Below, in pieces: positions 50,780 to 60,945 of a stretch of 64,000 nucleotides of DNA. The notes beneath the pieces were generated by a model. That model saw only the letters and a program-made list of their open reading frames with translations. It was not told the DNA's origin and made no database searches. A program made the translations under genes and the position numbers. The stretch spans positions 4,192,001 through 4,256,000 of the forward strand of contig OZ242374.1 of NCBI GenBank assembly GCA_965209055.1. The letters run 5' to 3'. This stretch comes from Acidobacteriota bacterium. GTDB lineage: Bacteria > Acidobacteriota > UBA6911 > RPQK01 > JAJDTT01. Each line of letters starts with the position of its first letter. The stretch's first letter is position 1.

Positions 50780-51334
50780 CTAATCGGTTCGAGAACCCGA
50801 GGCCGCGGCAGGCCCTTGATCTTTCTTGGCGAAGCGGTTCGTCCCCAAATCGAAAAAGTGGGCCGTCAGCCGTTGCCACCAAGCCACGGCAATCGGATCT
50901 TTCTTGCCGGCAAGGTCCATGGTCCGGATCAGGATGTTGTGGCAGAGCGCCCAGACCACATACTTCCCCTGGGGCGCCAGGAAATCCAGGTCCATATTGT
51001 CCTCGAAGACGGCCTTGACCGTCTTCCGGGAGGAACTGGCGTAGAGTCGATTGGCGAGCACCGTGTAGTCCCGGAGCAACTCGGCATGCCAGGCCACCTT
51101 GTCTTCAGAAGGAATGATGAGCTTCAAAATGGAGACAAGCGCAGTCCCCAATCCCGCTCCGAGAATCCACCAGGAACCGTCCTGGAGGGCCAGCACAGCC
51201 GTTCCGGCGCCGAGCAGCAACAACGGGACGTTGCTCCACCGACTGAGAACCTGGAAGAAGAACTGTCGCCTGGCGTGGTAGCAAATCGAAATACGGACCT
51301 GGAAAAGAAGATTGCTGTGTTGCTGGTTCTTCAT
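50780..51334 (-). CDS. 2-TM hypothetical protein (SLATT-like), paralog B
   Basis: LLFQVRISICYH, two TM helices, LCHN, WWQRLTAHFF. Confidence 0.72.
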   Translation of the reverse strand: MKNQQHSNLLFQVRISICYHARRQFFFQVLSRWSNVPLLLLGAGTAVLALQDGSWWILGAGLGTALVSILKLIIPSEDKVAWHAELLRDYTVLANRLYASSSRKTVKAVFEDNMDLDFLAPQGKYVVWALCHNILIRTMDLAGKKDPIAVAWWQRLTAHFFDLGTNRFAKKDQGPAAASGSRTD

Positions 51335-51549
51335 GACTTCACTTCTCCCGGGGCCGTAGCCCTCACCCTCCGGATCTCGAACCTGTGTTTGAATCCCTGT
51401 TTGGAGTTAACGATTGCAGGCCAGAAAAGACGAGGTTCAACCGGTGGCGCCAGGCCGGTTCTTCTCATACCCGACTCTCGTCATCCGTCGTCTTGCGCAT
51501 GGGCGCCGCGGTTTGGAAGAATGAACCGCCCAGCCGAAGGGTGGCTTTC

Positions 51550-52380
51550 ATGGTCGAGTCTCTGCTGAAGAGTTTGGATGAAGACGGGTGGCTCCTGCTG
51601 GAAAACGTCATTCCACCGGACCGGGTGGATGCCGTCCGGCGGAACGTGTTGTCCGCCCGGGACCGGTCTCTGGAAACCGAGGAAGCCAAGCTCGTAGCCA
51701 AAGACGCCCGGGTCACCACCCGGGGCGGGGCCGTGGTGGGACTCATCAACCTGGACCAGTCCATCGCCCCCTATCTGGCCGACCCGCGGGTCCTGGCCAT
51801 CATCGAGCGGCTCTGGGGAGACTACACCCGGATCGTCTCCCTCGGCGGGCTGATCAGCGACCCGGGCCACCGGGACCGGGTGTGGCACGCGGACTGGCCC
51901 TTCAACCAGACCAACGCCGCTCATATTCCCGCTCCCTATCCCGACTCGGTCCAGGTCCTCACCGGCATCTTCATGCTCACGCCCTTCACGGCCGAGACGG
52001 GGGGCACCTTCGTGGTGCCGAAAAGCCATCGCTCTTCCAACAACCCGACGGGAGACAACGGCGTCGACCGCGGGGCGCCCCATCCCACGGAGGTCCAGGT
52101 GACCGGGGAAGCGGGAAGCCTGCTCCTGTTCGACAGCCGCATCTGGCACTCGGCGGCTCCCGTCCTCAGCCGTGACGCCCGGGTGGCGGCCGTGGTCCGC
52201 TACGCGCCGTGGTGGATCAACCTGAATCCGATACTGCTCGGCACCGACGACCACGCTCGGATCGTGACCGAGACCAACGGCAAGCCTTATCTGGTGCCGC
52301 TGGTCATGCGGGAGGTTTTCGAGTCTCTGCCCGGGACGGTTCAGCCTCTGCTCCGGCATTGGGTGGAACCGGGCGGGTAG
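51550..52380 (+). CDS. Phytanoyl-CoA dioxygenase (PhyH) family protein
   Basis: WHADWP, GGTFVVPKSH, GSLLLFDSRIWH. Confidence 0.9.
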   Translation: MVESLLKSLDEDGWLLLENVIPPDRVDAVRRNVLSARDRSLETEEAKLVAKDARVTTRGGAVVGLINLDQSIAPYLADPRVLAIIERLWGDYTRIVSLGGLISDPGHRDRVWHADWPFNQTNAAHIPAPYPDSVQVLTGIFMLTPFTAETGGTFVVPKSHRSSNNPTGDNGVDRGAPHPTEVQVTGEAGSLLLFDSRIWHSAAPVLSRDARVAAVVRYAPWWINLNPILLGTDDHARIVTETNGKPYLVPLVMREVFESLPGTVQPLLRHWVEPGG

Positions 52381-52393
52381 CGGGTTCCTCGAC

Positions 52394-54034
52394 CTACCAG
52401 AAGACGTAGAAGACCAGCAGAAGGGAAGCCGCCATCACCAGGCCGGCCCAGAGATTGGGCCGGGCCCACAACGGAACCGTGCGGGCGGGCGCCTCGAAAG
52501 GAGAATCCACCAGATCGGGCACGCCCTGGCGGGACCGGTCGAGCCAGCCGCCCACCTGTCCCCGGGGCAGGGAGGACGCCGGATCACGGCCCAAAAACAA
52601 CGAGGTCAGAATCATGGCGCCCGAGGTGGCGACGATGCTCCAGACATAGGCGGCGAACTTGTCGGTGAACCAGACGGGAAAGAGTTCCACGCCGGCGCCC
52701 ACCAGGGCGAGGATGCCGTAACCCGAACCGACCGCCAGGCCGATGCTCCCGCTCTTTCGGTGGACTCGCGTGAAGACCCCCATCAGGTAGACGGTCATGA
52801 GGGGAATGACGAACACGCTGGTGACCCGGATGAAGAAACCGGCGATGTTCTCGAAACGGAGAATGAAGGGAATGTAGGCAAAGGAAGCGGCCACCACAAA
52901 GGGGGTCACCCAGCGGCTGACCCGGAAATAGTGGCTGTCTTCCCGGTCCCGAACGAAGAGCCGGGCATAGATGTCCCGGGTGCAGAGGGCCGCCAGGGCC
53001 GATCCGATCCCTTCGTAGGTGGTGATCGCCGCCGCGATCACCCCGGCCACGACGATTCCCTTCAGCCCCGGTCCCAGGAACTCGTTCACCAGCAGGGGGT
53101 AGATCTGGTCCGGCCGCTGCAGCGTCTCGGGCCAGATGGCCCGGCCCAGGATCCCCAGCGTCCCGTTGAAGTACATCAGGATCATGGTCATGCCCGAGGC
53201 CAGGAGAACCGACATCTTCACGTCCCAGAGGGAGCGGGCGCCGAACAGCTTCATGGTCTCGCTGTGATTCACGATGGGGTAGGCCGCTCCCAGGATGAGC
53301 CAGGCCGCCGTCACCACGAGGGGATCGGGGCTGCCCGGCCGGGAGATGCCGATATGCAGCAGGTAGCGGGGCAGTTCGGTTCCCCCTTTGAGAGCCAGTT
53401 TTTCCACCGCGCCCGACCAGCCGCCGGCGACGTTCCAGACCACGGACCACAGGACCAGGACTCCGGTGATCATGGCGACGGTCAGGAAGGCATCGACCCA
53501 GGCGATGGTCTTGAGTCCACCCCGGGCCGAGTACAGGGTAGCCATCCCGGCGAACGCGGCGACGGCGAACCAGGCCGAGATCTCGTCGAGCCCCATGACC
53601 AGGGTGAGCGTCAACTGGAGGGAGATGGCGATTCCCGCCAGGATGTTGGTCCGGTACTGGAACTGCACCAGGGCGCTGACCACGCGAGCCGCCGGACCGA
53701 AACGATATTCCAGGTACTCGGCATTGGTGAACAATCCGGCCCGGTACATGGGAGGCAACACGTAGAAGGCGGCGATGAAGTATCCCGTCACCACCCCCAG
53801 CCACCAGGTCGTCAGGACGGACATGCCCTCGATATAGGTCATCCCGTTGACACCCACGATGTCGCCGCTGTCGACGGAGGTGGCGAAAAGAGAGATGGCC
53901 ACGATCCAGAAAGGGAGGCTGCGGCCGCCCAGGAACCAGTCCAGGTTGGTCTTGGTTTCGCGTGAACGCACCAGTCCGTAGCCGAAGACCAACAAGTTGA
54001 GACCCAGGACGATGACCCAGTCTATGGCCGACAT
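52394..54034 (-). CDS. Sodium:solute symporter (SSS/SLC5)
   Basis: FLGGRSLP, SLFATS, EYLEYRF, GGLKTIAWVD; many TM segments. Confidence 0.9.
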   Translation of the reverse strand: MSAIDWVIVLGLNLLVFGYGLVRSRETKTNLDWFLGGRSLPFWIVAISLFATSVDSGDIVGVNGMTYIEGMSVLTTWWLGVVTGYFIAAFYVLPPMYRAGLFTNAEYLEYRFGPAARVVSALVQFQYRTNILAGIAISLQLTLTLVMGLDEISAWFAVAAFAGMATLYSARGGLKTIAWVDAFLTVAMITGVLVLWSVVWNVAGGWSGAVEKLALKGGTELPRYLLHIGISRPGSPDPLVVTAAWLILGAAYPIVNHSETMKLFGARSLWDVKMSVLLASGMTMILMYFNGTLGILGRAIWPETLQRPDQIYPLLVNEFLGPGLKGIVVAGVIAAAITTYEGIGSALAALCTRDIYARLFVRDREDSHYFRVSRWVTPFVVAASFAYIPFILRFENIAGFFIRVTSVFVIPLMTVYLMGVFTRVHRKSGSIGLAVGSGYGILALVGAGVELFPVWFTDKFAAYVWSIVATSGAMILTSLFLGRDPASSLPRGQVGGWLDRSRQGVPDLVDSPFEAPARTVPLWARPNLWAGLVMAASLLLVFYVFW

Positions 54035-54073
54035 GTTGATTTAGCCCCTAGTTCCCGCGGACGTCCGACGGCT

Positions 54074-55186
54074 TCAGAGAGCCGGCCGGCTCCGCTCCGC
54101 GTATCCGGTCAGTTCCACGTATCCCTGTCCTTTCGGGCCGCCCGACGGCGTTTCGACCCGGACCGGGCCCTCCCAGTAGGCGAGTCCCGGCAGGAGCCGG
54201 CTCACGTTCTCCGAGTCGGGGACCTCCGGAGTCACCATCAACTCCAGACCCTCGCCCGGGACCTGCAGCCGCCACCCGGCGGGATAGCGGGCGCCGTTGT
54301 GGGGACTGGCCCAGGCTCCGGTGGCCCGCACCGACCACTCCTCCGGTCCCAGGTACCGGGTTCGACCCTCCTTGGATATCAACGTCCCATTGGCAAAATC
54401 CACCCGATTGCGGCGATCCCTCAGAAGATAGAGCATCAGGTCGCGGCCGTCGTCCAACTGCAGGCTGAACCAGTCCCATCCGATCTGACGGGCTCCCAAT
54501 TGATTGGACCCGAACTCCTTGTCCATCCAGGAGACGCCCTCCACGGCGTGTTCCTCGCCTCCGATGGAAATCCGGCCGCCGGTCGCCATCCGGGTGAAGC
54601 TGTAGTACTGGCTCGCGGCGCCCTCGTCTCCTCCCTTGATGCTGTAGCCGTTGGGACCCTGGAAAACCGGGCCCTTGGTCCCGCGGGTCGTGAGCCGGAA
54701 GGAAAAGTCCCGGCCCTCGTCCGAGGCGGCAAGGTCGAAGCCCTTGCCATTCCAATGCAGGGTCCAGTGGCCGGAACTGCCGGCGGGGGGCCGGCTCCAG
54801 GCGATGAGCGAAGACGATCCGTCCCCGAATTGCCCCAGCAGCGGTGTGGCGCGATAGAGGATCTCGGTGAAGAGATGCTGCTTGTTCCTCAGGTCGGTCA
54901 GCGCCGCGTGCCCCATGATGACGTCCCGGGCCGTCCAGGCGGAGTCGAGCGGCGGAGATTCGGGCTGGAGCCCGACCCGGAAGAAGGTGAACTGGTAGCC
55001 GAACCGGCGCGGAGTCTCTCCGCGGGTCCGCAGATGGCCCGTGAAGTACCACCATTCGGTGCGATAGCCGTTCCGGGCCCAGTGATCCTGCGGGAAGGAC
55101 CAGGTGTAATCGGAGCGCGCCGGTTTCCAATCGAAGGTCGTCCCCAACAGGCTCAGAACAATCAGAGCTCCGGCGAGGAATGGCAT
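54074..55186 (-). CDS. Lipocalin-like/CrtC-type hydratase (AttH-like)
   Basis: FPQDH, TEWWYFTG, SQYYSFTR, WMDKEF, GWDWFSLQL, YWEG, GYVELTGY. Confidence 0.9.
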   Translation of the reverse strand: MPFLAGALIVLSLLGTTFDWKPARSDYTWSFPQDHWARNGYRTEWWYFTGHLRTRGETPRRFGYQFTFFRVGLQPESPPLDSAWTARDVIMGHAALTDLRNKQHLFTEILYRATPLLGQFGDGSSSLIAWSRPPAGSSGHWTLHWNGKGFDLAASDEGRDFSFRLTTRGTKGPVFQGPNGYSIKGGDEGAASQYYSFTRMATGGRISIGGEEHAVEGVSWMDKEFGSNQLGARQIGWDWFSLQLDDGRDLMLYLLRDRRNRVDFANGTLISKEGRTRYLGPEEWSVRATGAWASPHNGARYPAGWRLQVPGEGLELMVTPEVPDSENVSRLLPGLAYWEGPVRVETPSGGPKGQGYVELTGYAERSRPAL

Positions 55187-55190
55187 TTGG

Positions 55191-57713
55191 CTAAAGGTCC
55201 TCTCGGCTGAGTTGGGTCGCCGGCGTCCGGCTGGCAGCCAGCGCCGGATACAGGCTTGCCAGCACTGCCGCCGCCAGGATGGTCGCCGACTGGACCAGGA
55301 CCGTTCCCCAGGGCCAGTGGACCTGGATGGTCCACCCGAAGTAGGCCCGATTGATGACGAAGACCAGGATGCCCGCCAGGAGCACTCCACCCGCCAGACC
55401 CAGCGCGAGCCCGGCGACCCCCATGCCCAGCCCCTTGCCCACAAAGATCCGGAAGAGCTGCGACCGCCGGGCGCCGAGGGACCGGTAGAGGGCGAGCTCG
55501 GCCGACTCCTCCCGAGCCAGCACCAACAGCGTCAATATGATGCCCGCGACGGCGATCAGCAGGCTCGTCCCCTGCAGGAGCCGCGTGACGGCAAAGGTCT
55601 GGTCGAAGATCTCCATCACTTCCTGGCGCAGCTTCCGGTTGCTTCGAAAGAGGAGCGAATCACCCGCGTGCGCCGCCCGGAGGCGGTCGACGGTCTCGCC
55701 GGTGTCGGCTCCGGACTCCAGATAGAGGGCCACGCTGTGGACGGGCCCCGGACCGAAGAGCCTCTCCATGGTCTCCAGGCCGACCACAGCCAGCCCCGTT
55801 CCCGGCTGATAGTCGTAGTAGATGCCGGCAATGGGAACCCGCCGCTCACCGTCTGGAGTGACCAGAAGGAGGTGGTCCCCCGGCTCCAGACCGCGCCGCC
55901 GCGCCAGAGTTTCCCCGACCAGAGTTGCGCCCTCTTCCCGGAACTGCCGGTAAACGGCGACCGGATCTCCTCCCGTCAGCGGAAACCGGGCTTCGCCCCC
56001 GGGAAGGCTGGTCTCGACTCCGGCCAGAAAGATGCGCTCGCCGCCGGAGCGGACCGTCAGCCTCCGGTAGCGGTCCAGAGCCACGACGTCCCTGGTCCGG
56101 GACAATCGGGAAATCAGCCCCGGGCTCAGGGCGGTCTCGTCGCCTCGTCCTCTCCAGGATTCGGTCTTGACGTAGATGTCGGCCTGGACCGAGGTCCGAA
56201 GCCAGACCTCCAGTGTCTCCCGGAAGCTGCTGGTCTTGAGGGTGACGCCGACCATCATGCTGACCGCGATGGCCAGGGAGGAGGCCGTGAAGACGGTGGT
56301 GGTCCAGCGTCCGGCCAGGGAACGAAACCCGTATCGGACGCCGAGTCCGGACAGGGGCAGCAGCGACGCCGCCCGGACCAGGATGGGAGTGAACAGAGGG
56401 ATGGACACCAGGAGAGCGACGCCCAGAACGAAGCCGGCCGGCCGCCAATCCGCGGCGAACCGGTACCAGGCTGCCGCCATCGCCAGAATCCCGGTCCCGG
56501 CCAGGGCCAGGGGAATCGCCGAAGTCCTCACCCTTTCCTGCAGCAGCCGGGAAGAGAGAAGCGATCGGGGAGGAGAGAGACAGAGGTCCAGGGCGGGGAG
56601 GAGAGTCCCGGCCAGCGCGGCGCCCATGCCGGCCGCGGCTCCCGCCAGGTAGACCCAGCGGGGAACCTGGAGGGAGGTGATCTCGTTCAGGAGATAGACC
56701 TGGGTCAGCGTGGCGCTGACGGCGTCCACGTTGGCTCGGGCGGCCCAGTAGCCCAGGCCGGTTCCCAGGACCACTCCCAGTGCTCCCACCAGAGCGGCCT
56801 CGAAGGCGATGAGTCCCAAGAGCTGCCCCCGGGTCGCTCCCACGGCCCGGAGCACTCCGAACTCGCGCCGCCGGCGCACCAGCAGAGCCTGGGAGCTGGT
56901 ATAGACGACGAAGCTGCCCACGAAGAGGCTGATCAGGCTCAGCGCCGTCAGGTTCAGGCGGAATGCGCTCAGAAGGCCGGCCGCCTCGTCCTCCCTCTGC
57001 GTCGGAGTCAGCACCTCAACCGACGGACCCAGGCGTCGTTCCAGAAGCGCCTTGAGATCCGCGCGATCTTCAGGCGCCGCCTCGACATGGATCTCGTGCA
57101 GGTCGCCCGGCCGGCCCAGCAGGCCCTGGACCTGGGAGATGTCCATGACCGCCAGCTTGGCCCCGGCCAACGTCGTGACCCGGGCGAAGTCCACCAGGGC
57201 GCCGATGACCAGGCGGGCCTCCCGCGGGCCGCAGGAAACTTCCATTGAATCTCCCACGGACCAGCCTTGGGCACGGGCCAGCTCGGGAGTCACGGCCATC
57301 CAACCGGGTTGGGTCAGGCCTTCCGACGCCTTCTCCCGGCCCAGCAGTTCCAGACTCTCCCGCGAAGCCGGAGAAATGAGATCGATTCCCATCACCTCCA
57401 GGAGCAATGAATCCGATCCCTTCACCGCCACGTCCAGCCGGTAGACCGGCCAGGCTCCCCGGACGCCGCGGGTGGCGAGCACTTCCGGAAAGAGGCTCTC
57501 CGGGAGAGTCCGGTTCAAGCCACGAACGGTGAGATCCGCCTCCGATCCCACGGCCCGGAGAGCTCCCCGGAATGCGGCCACAGCGCTCAGGTTGATGATC
57601 TGCACCGAGAGGACCGAGGCGACACCCAGGGCGACTCCGAAGATCGTCAGAAGATAGAGCGACCGGCCCGCCCGGAGACGGGTCTTCAGGGTGTGCAGCA
57701 GGTAGCGCCTCAT
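55191..57713 (-). CDS. ABC transporter permease (double FtsX-like, AttF/G-like)
   Basis: GVALGVASV, AFRLNLTALS, FDQTFAVT, INRAYFGWTI. Confidence 0.92.
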   Translation of the reverse strand: MRRYLLHTLKTRLRAGRSLYLLTIFGVALGVASVLSVQIINLSAVAAFRGALRAVGSEADLTVRGLNRTLPESLFPEVLATRGVRGAWPVYRLDVAVKGSDSLLLEVMGIDLISPASRESLELLGREKASEGLTQPGWMAVTPELARAQGWSVGDSMEVSCGPREARLVIGALVDFARVTTLAGAKLAVMDISQVQGLLGRPGDLHEIHVEAAPEDRADLKALLERRLGPSVEVLTPTQREDEAAGLLSAFRLNLTALSLISLFVGSFVVYTSSQALLVRRRREFGVLRAVGATRGQLLGLIAFEAALVGALGVVLGTGLGYWAARANVDAVSATLTQVYLLNEITSLQVPRWVYLAGAAAGMGAALAGTLLPALDLCLSPPRSLLSSRLLQERVRTSAIPLALAGTGILAMAAAWYRFAADWRPAGFVLGVALLVSIPLFTPILVRAASLLPLSGLGVRYGFRSLAGRWTTTVFTASSLAIAVSMMVGVTLKTSSFRETLEVWLRTSVQADIYVKTESWRGRGDETALSPGLISRLSRTRDVVALDRYRRLTVRSGGERIFLAGVETSLPGGEARFPLTGGDPVAVYRQFREEGATLVGETLARRRGLEPGDHLLLVTPDGERRVPIAGIYYDYQPGTGLAVVGLETMERLFGPGPVHSVALYLESGADTGETVDRLRAAHAGDSLLFRSNRKLRQEVMEIFDQTFAVTRLLQGTSLLIAVAGIILTLLVLAREESAELALYRSLGARRSQLFRIFVGKGLGMGVAGLALGLAGGVLLAGILVFVINRAYFGWTIQVHWPWGTVLVQSATILAAAVLASLYPALAASRTPATQLSREDL

Positions 57714-58390
57714 GCGGCGTCCAGGACCCCGCTGTGGATCCGCCAGGTCTCGTCGGCCAGTCCCGCCAGCTCCCGGCTGTGGGTGACGTAGAGCAACGTG
57801 GCCTTCTCCCGGGTCACCAGCTCCAGCATCAGCTCCAAGACCAGCCAGGAGTTCTCGTCGTCCAGGTTGCCCGTGGGTTCGTCCGCCAGGATCAGCCGGG
57901 GGCGCCGCAGGAGAGCCCGGCAGATGGCCGCCCGCTGCATCTCGCCGCCGCTCAGGTTGCTCACCGGATCGTCGGCGCGATCGGCCAGGCCGACCCGGTC
58001 CAACAACTCCATCACCCGGGGTTCGAAGTCATGGGGTTTCCCGCCGGCGACGAGCGCCGGGAGCGCCACGTTCTCCCGGACCGGCAGGTGGGGCAGGAGA
58101 TGGAAGAACTGGAAGACGAGGCCGATCTCGTTTCTGCGCAGCAGGGTCCGGTCGCGGTCCGAAAAACGGGAGAGGTCCTTTCCCAGAACCTCGACCCGGC
58201 CGCGGGTGGGCAGGTCGATGCCCGCGGCCAGATGAAGGAGGGTGGACTTGCCGCTGCCGCTCCGTCCCACGATGGCCACCCGGCGTCCTGAGGACACCTG
58301 GAAAGAGACGTCGTGAAGCGCCGTCAGACCTCCTCCGGCAGATTCTCCGTAGGTCTTCGAGACGCGTGAAAACGCCAGGAGGGGAGTCAT
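57710..58390 (-). CDS. ABC transporter ATP-binding protein (LolD/AttE-like)
   Basis: GRSGSGKST, LSGGEMQR, ILADEPTGNLD, VTH. Confidence 0.95.
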   Translation of the reverse strand: MTPLLAFSRVSKTYGESAGGGLTALHDVSFQVSSGRRVAIVGRSGSGKSTLLHLAAGIDLPTRGRVEVLGKDLSRFSDRDRTLLRRNEIGLVFQFFHLLPHLPVRENVALPALVAGGKPHDFEPRVMELLDRVGLADRADDPVSNLSGGEMQRAAICRALLRRPRLILADEPTGNLDDENSWLVLELMLELVTREKATLLYVTHSRELAGLADETWRIHSGVLDAA

Positions 58391-58470
58391 CTCGATGGAA
58401 CAGGTTATGGGGAACGGCGGAACGAATTCAACTCAGGGAGAAAACACTTAACAGCACATACCCTTCTTAT

Positions 58471-58614
58471 GAAAGTGATTATCATTATCATGTCATAGTA
58501 GACATTGTTACTGAAATTGAATTTCATAATCATTGATATTGATGTCTGATTTCAATTAAGTCGTTTATTTACTATGTTTTATATTTGACAGCCCTTTCAT
58601 TTAACATGTACATT
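58471..58614 (+). promoter_or_regulatory. AT-rich ferritin promoter with upstream Fur boxes
   Basis: GAAAGTGATTATCATTATC (16/19 to Fur consensus) at 58471; GAAATTGAATTTCATAATC (13/19) at 58513; TTGACA(58585)-N18-TACATT. Confidence 0.78.
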
Positions 58615-58680
58615 GGTTGGCATGGAGTCTGCAGATCGCGACTTTGACAGGCGACGGATTTGATCAACAGGGAGAAAGAT

Positions 58681-59166
58681 ATGAACGGAAAAATCAATCA
58701 AGCCTTGAACACACAGATCCACATGGAGTTGGAATCCTCCTACCTCTACCTGGCCCTTTCGGCCTACTACGACTCCAAGGACCTGCCCGGTTTCGCTCAT
58801 TGGATGAGGGAGCAGAGCCGGGAGGAGTATGGGCACGCCATGAGATTGTTCGACTACCTCCTGACCCGCGGAGCGAAGGTCGATCTGGACACCCTCGGAA
58901 AGCCTGCCGACGGGTTCACGTCCCCCGTGAGTGCCTTCAATCGAGTCGTGGACCATGAAAAACGGGTCACCAATGCCATCCACAAGCTCTATCTCTTGGC
59001 TCTCGAAGAGGGTGACCTGGCCACCGGAGTGGAACTGCAGTGGTTCATTCAGGAGCAGGTCGAAGAGGAAAAATCGGTCTCGGAGGTCGCGGCTCAACTG
59101 CGATGGGGCAACGGTGAACCCATGGGCCTGCTGATGGTGGACCGCGACCTGGCCAAACGGGAATAA
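58681..59166 (+). CDS. ftnA: Non-heme ferritin
   Basis: LNTQIHMELESSYLYL, QSREEYGHA, HEKRVT, LQWFIQEQVEEE ferroxidase residues. Confidence 0.95.
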   Translation: MNGKINQALNTQIHMELESSYLYLALSAYYDSKDLPGFAHWMREQSREEYGHAMRLFDYLLTRGAKVDLDTLGKPADGFTSPVSAFNRVVDHEKRVTNAIHKLYLLALEEGDLATGVELQWFIQEQVEEEKSVSEVAAQLRWGNGEPMGLLMVDRDLAKRE

Positions 59167-59279
59167 CCCCGGCCGGTTCCCTCCGATCCCCCCGCATTTC
59201 CTCCGCCGGTCCCGCAGGTAGCGGGGCCGGCGGCGATTCTTGACAGTTTCGGCGTCCGCTTGGTAGCTTCGGGCGCCTC

Positions 59280-60914
59280 ATGAGCACCTACCAGATCGGC
59301 GATTACCGGCAGACTTACGCCAGTTTTCGCCTCACCCGGCCCGAGCGCTACAACTGGGCCTTCGACGTGTTCGACCGTTGGGCTGCGGATCCCGGCAAGG
59401 TAGCCATGCGTTGGGTGAGCGACGCCGGGGACGTCCGGAACGTGACGTTCCGGGAGTTCTCCCGGTCCTCGATTCGTTTCGCCAACGCTCTGGCAGGACT
59501 GGGAGTGGAAACGGGAGACCGGGTCTTCGTCATGCTCCCCCGGATCGTCGAATGGTGGGAGGTCCTCCTGGGCGGAATCCGGTCCCGGGCCGTCACGGTA
59601 CCGGGCACCACCTTGCTGAGGCACAAGGACATCGTCTACCGGATCAACGCCTCGGGCGCTTCGGTGGCCGTAACGGATGCCGCCAACGCCGACAGGATCG
59701 AGGCCGTCCGCCCGGACTGCCCCGGGCTGCGGCATGTCATCGTCGTGGGTGGGAGTTCCGGCTGTCTGGGCTATGAGGACCTGCTGGCCAGGAGTTCTCC
59801 CAGCATGGACCATCCCCGGAACCCCTCCACCGATCCCCTCATGGTCTACTTCACGTCGGGGACCACCGGACCTCCCAAGATGGTCCTGAACGACCACGCC
59901 AGCTATCCGAAGGCGCACATCATCACCGGCAAATTCTGGCTGGACAACCGCCCCACGGACCTCCACTGGACGCTTTCGGACACGGGATGGGCCCAGGCCG
60001 CGTGGACCTGCCTTTTCGCTCCCTGGAACATGGGCGCGGCCATTTTTATCTGGGACCACCGGGGACGGTTCGATGCGGAGCGGACGCTGCGGATGCTTCA
60101 CGACCACCCCATAACGACCTTCTTCGCTCCTCCCACGGCCTATCGGATGATGGTCCAGGAAGATCTGACCCGCTGGCCGGCCCGGGCCCTGCGCCACTGT
60201 CTGGGAGCCGGGGAAGCGGTCAACCCCGAGGTGATCGCCACCTGGAAGGGGGCCATGGGTCATCACATCTGGGAGGGCTACGGCCAGACCGAGACCGTCC
60301 TCTGCGTGGCCACGTTTCCCGGCATGGAGTACCGGCCCGGGTCCATGGGAGTTGCCTCGCCCGGGTTCCGAATGGGCGTGGTGGACGACTCGGGGAATGA
60401 ACTCGGTCCCGGAGAGGAGGGAGAGATCGCCATCCGGGTGCGTCCCGAACGGCCTCTGGGCCTGTTCTGCGGCTACTACCGGAACCCGGAAGCGACCACG
60501 AACTGTTACGTCGGCGACTGGTACATGACCGGAGACCGGGCAACCCGGGACGAGGAGGGCTACTTCTACTTCGTCAGCCGAGCCGACGACGTCATCAACA
60601 CCTCGGCGTATCGCGTGGGGCCCTTCGAGGTGGAGTCGGCGTTGCTGGAGCATGCGGCGGTGGCGGAGGTGGCCGTGGTGGGAAGCCCCGACCCGTTGCG
60701 GGGAGAGATCATCAAGGCGTTCGTCGTCCTCGGTCAGACTGCCCGCCCTTCGGACGAACTGGTCCGGGAACTCCAGGCCCACGTGCGCGGCGTCACCGCT
60801 CCCTACAAGTACCCTCGCGAGGTGGAGTTCATCGAAGAACTGCCCAAGACCATCAGCGGCAAGATTCGGCGCAACGAACTCCGGCGGCGGGAGTTGGAGA
60901 AGAAGAGCCGCTGA
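59280..60914 (+). CDS. Acyl-CoA synthetase (ACSM-like)
   Basis: YFTSGTTGPPK, EGYGQTET, TGD, PKTISGKIRR. Confidence 0.94.
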   Translation: MSTYQIGDYRQTYASFRLTRPERYNWAFDVFDRWAADPGKVAMRWVSDAGDVRNVTFREFSRSSIRFANALAGLGVETGDRVFVMLPRIVEWWEVLLGGIRSRAVTVPGTTLLRHKDIVYRINASGASVAVTDAANADRIEAVRPDCPGLRHVIVVGGSSGCLGYEDLLARSSPSMDHPRNPSTDPLMVYFTSGTTGPPKMVLNDHASYPKAHIITGKFWLDNRPTDLHWTLSDTGWAQAAWTCLFAPWNMGAAIFIWDHRGRFDAERTLRMLHDHPITTFFAPPTAYRMMVQEDLTRWPARALRHCLGAGEAVNPEVIATWKGAMGHHIWEGYGQTETVLCVATFPGMEYRPGSMGVASPGFRMGVVDDSGNELGPGEEGEIAIRVRPERPLGLFCGYYRNPEATTNCYVGDWYMTGDRATRDEEGYFYFVSRADDVINTSAYRVGPFEVESALLEHAAVAEVAVVGSPDPLRGEIIKAFVVLGQTARPSDELVRELQAHVRGVTAPYKYPREVEFIEELPKTISGKIRRNELRRRELEKKSR

Positions 60915-60945
60915 CTCTCCCCCGATCTCCGGGAACTGACCTCTC

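Noticed and set aside
54074-58390. ABC transporter + lipocalin-like hydratase operon as novel
   Set aside because: Matches the known widespread AttEFGH-type arrangement.
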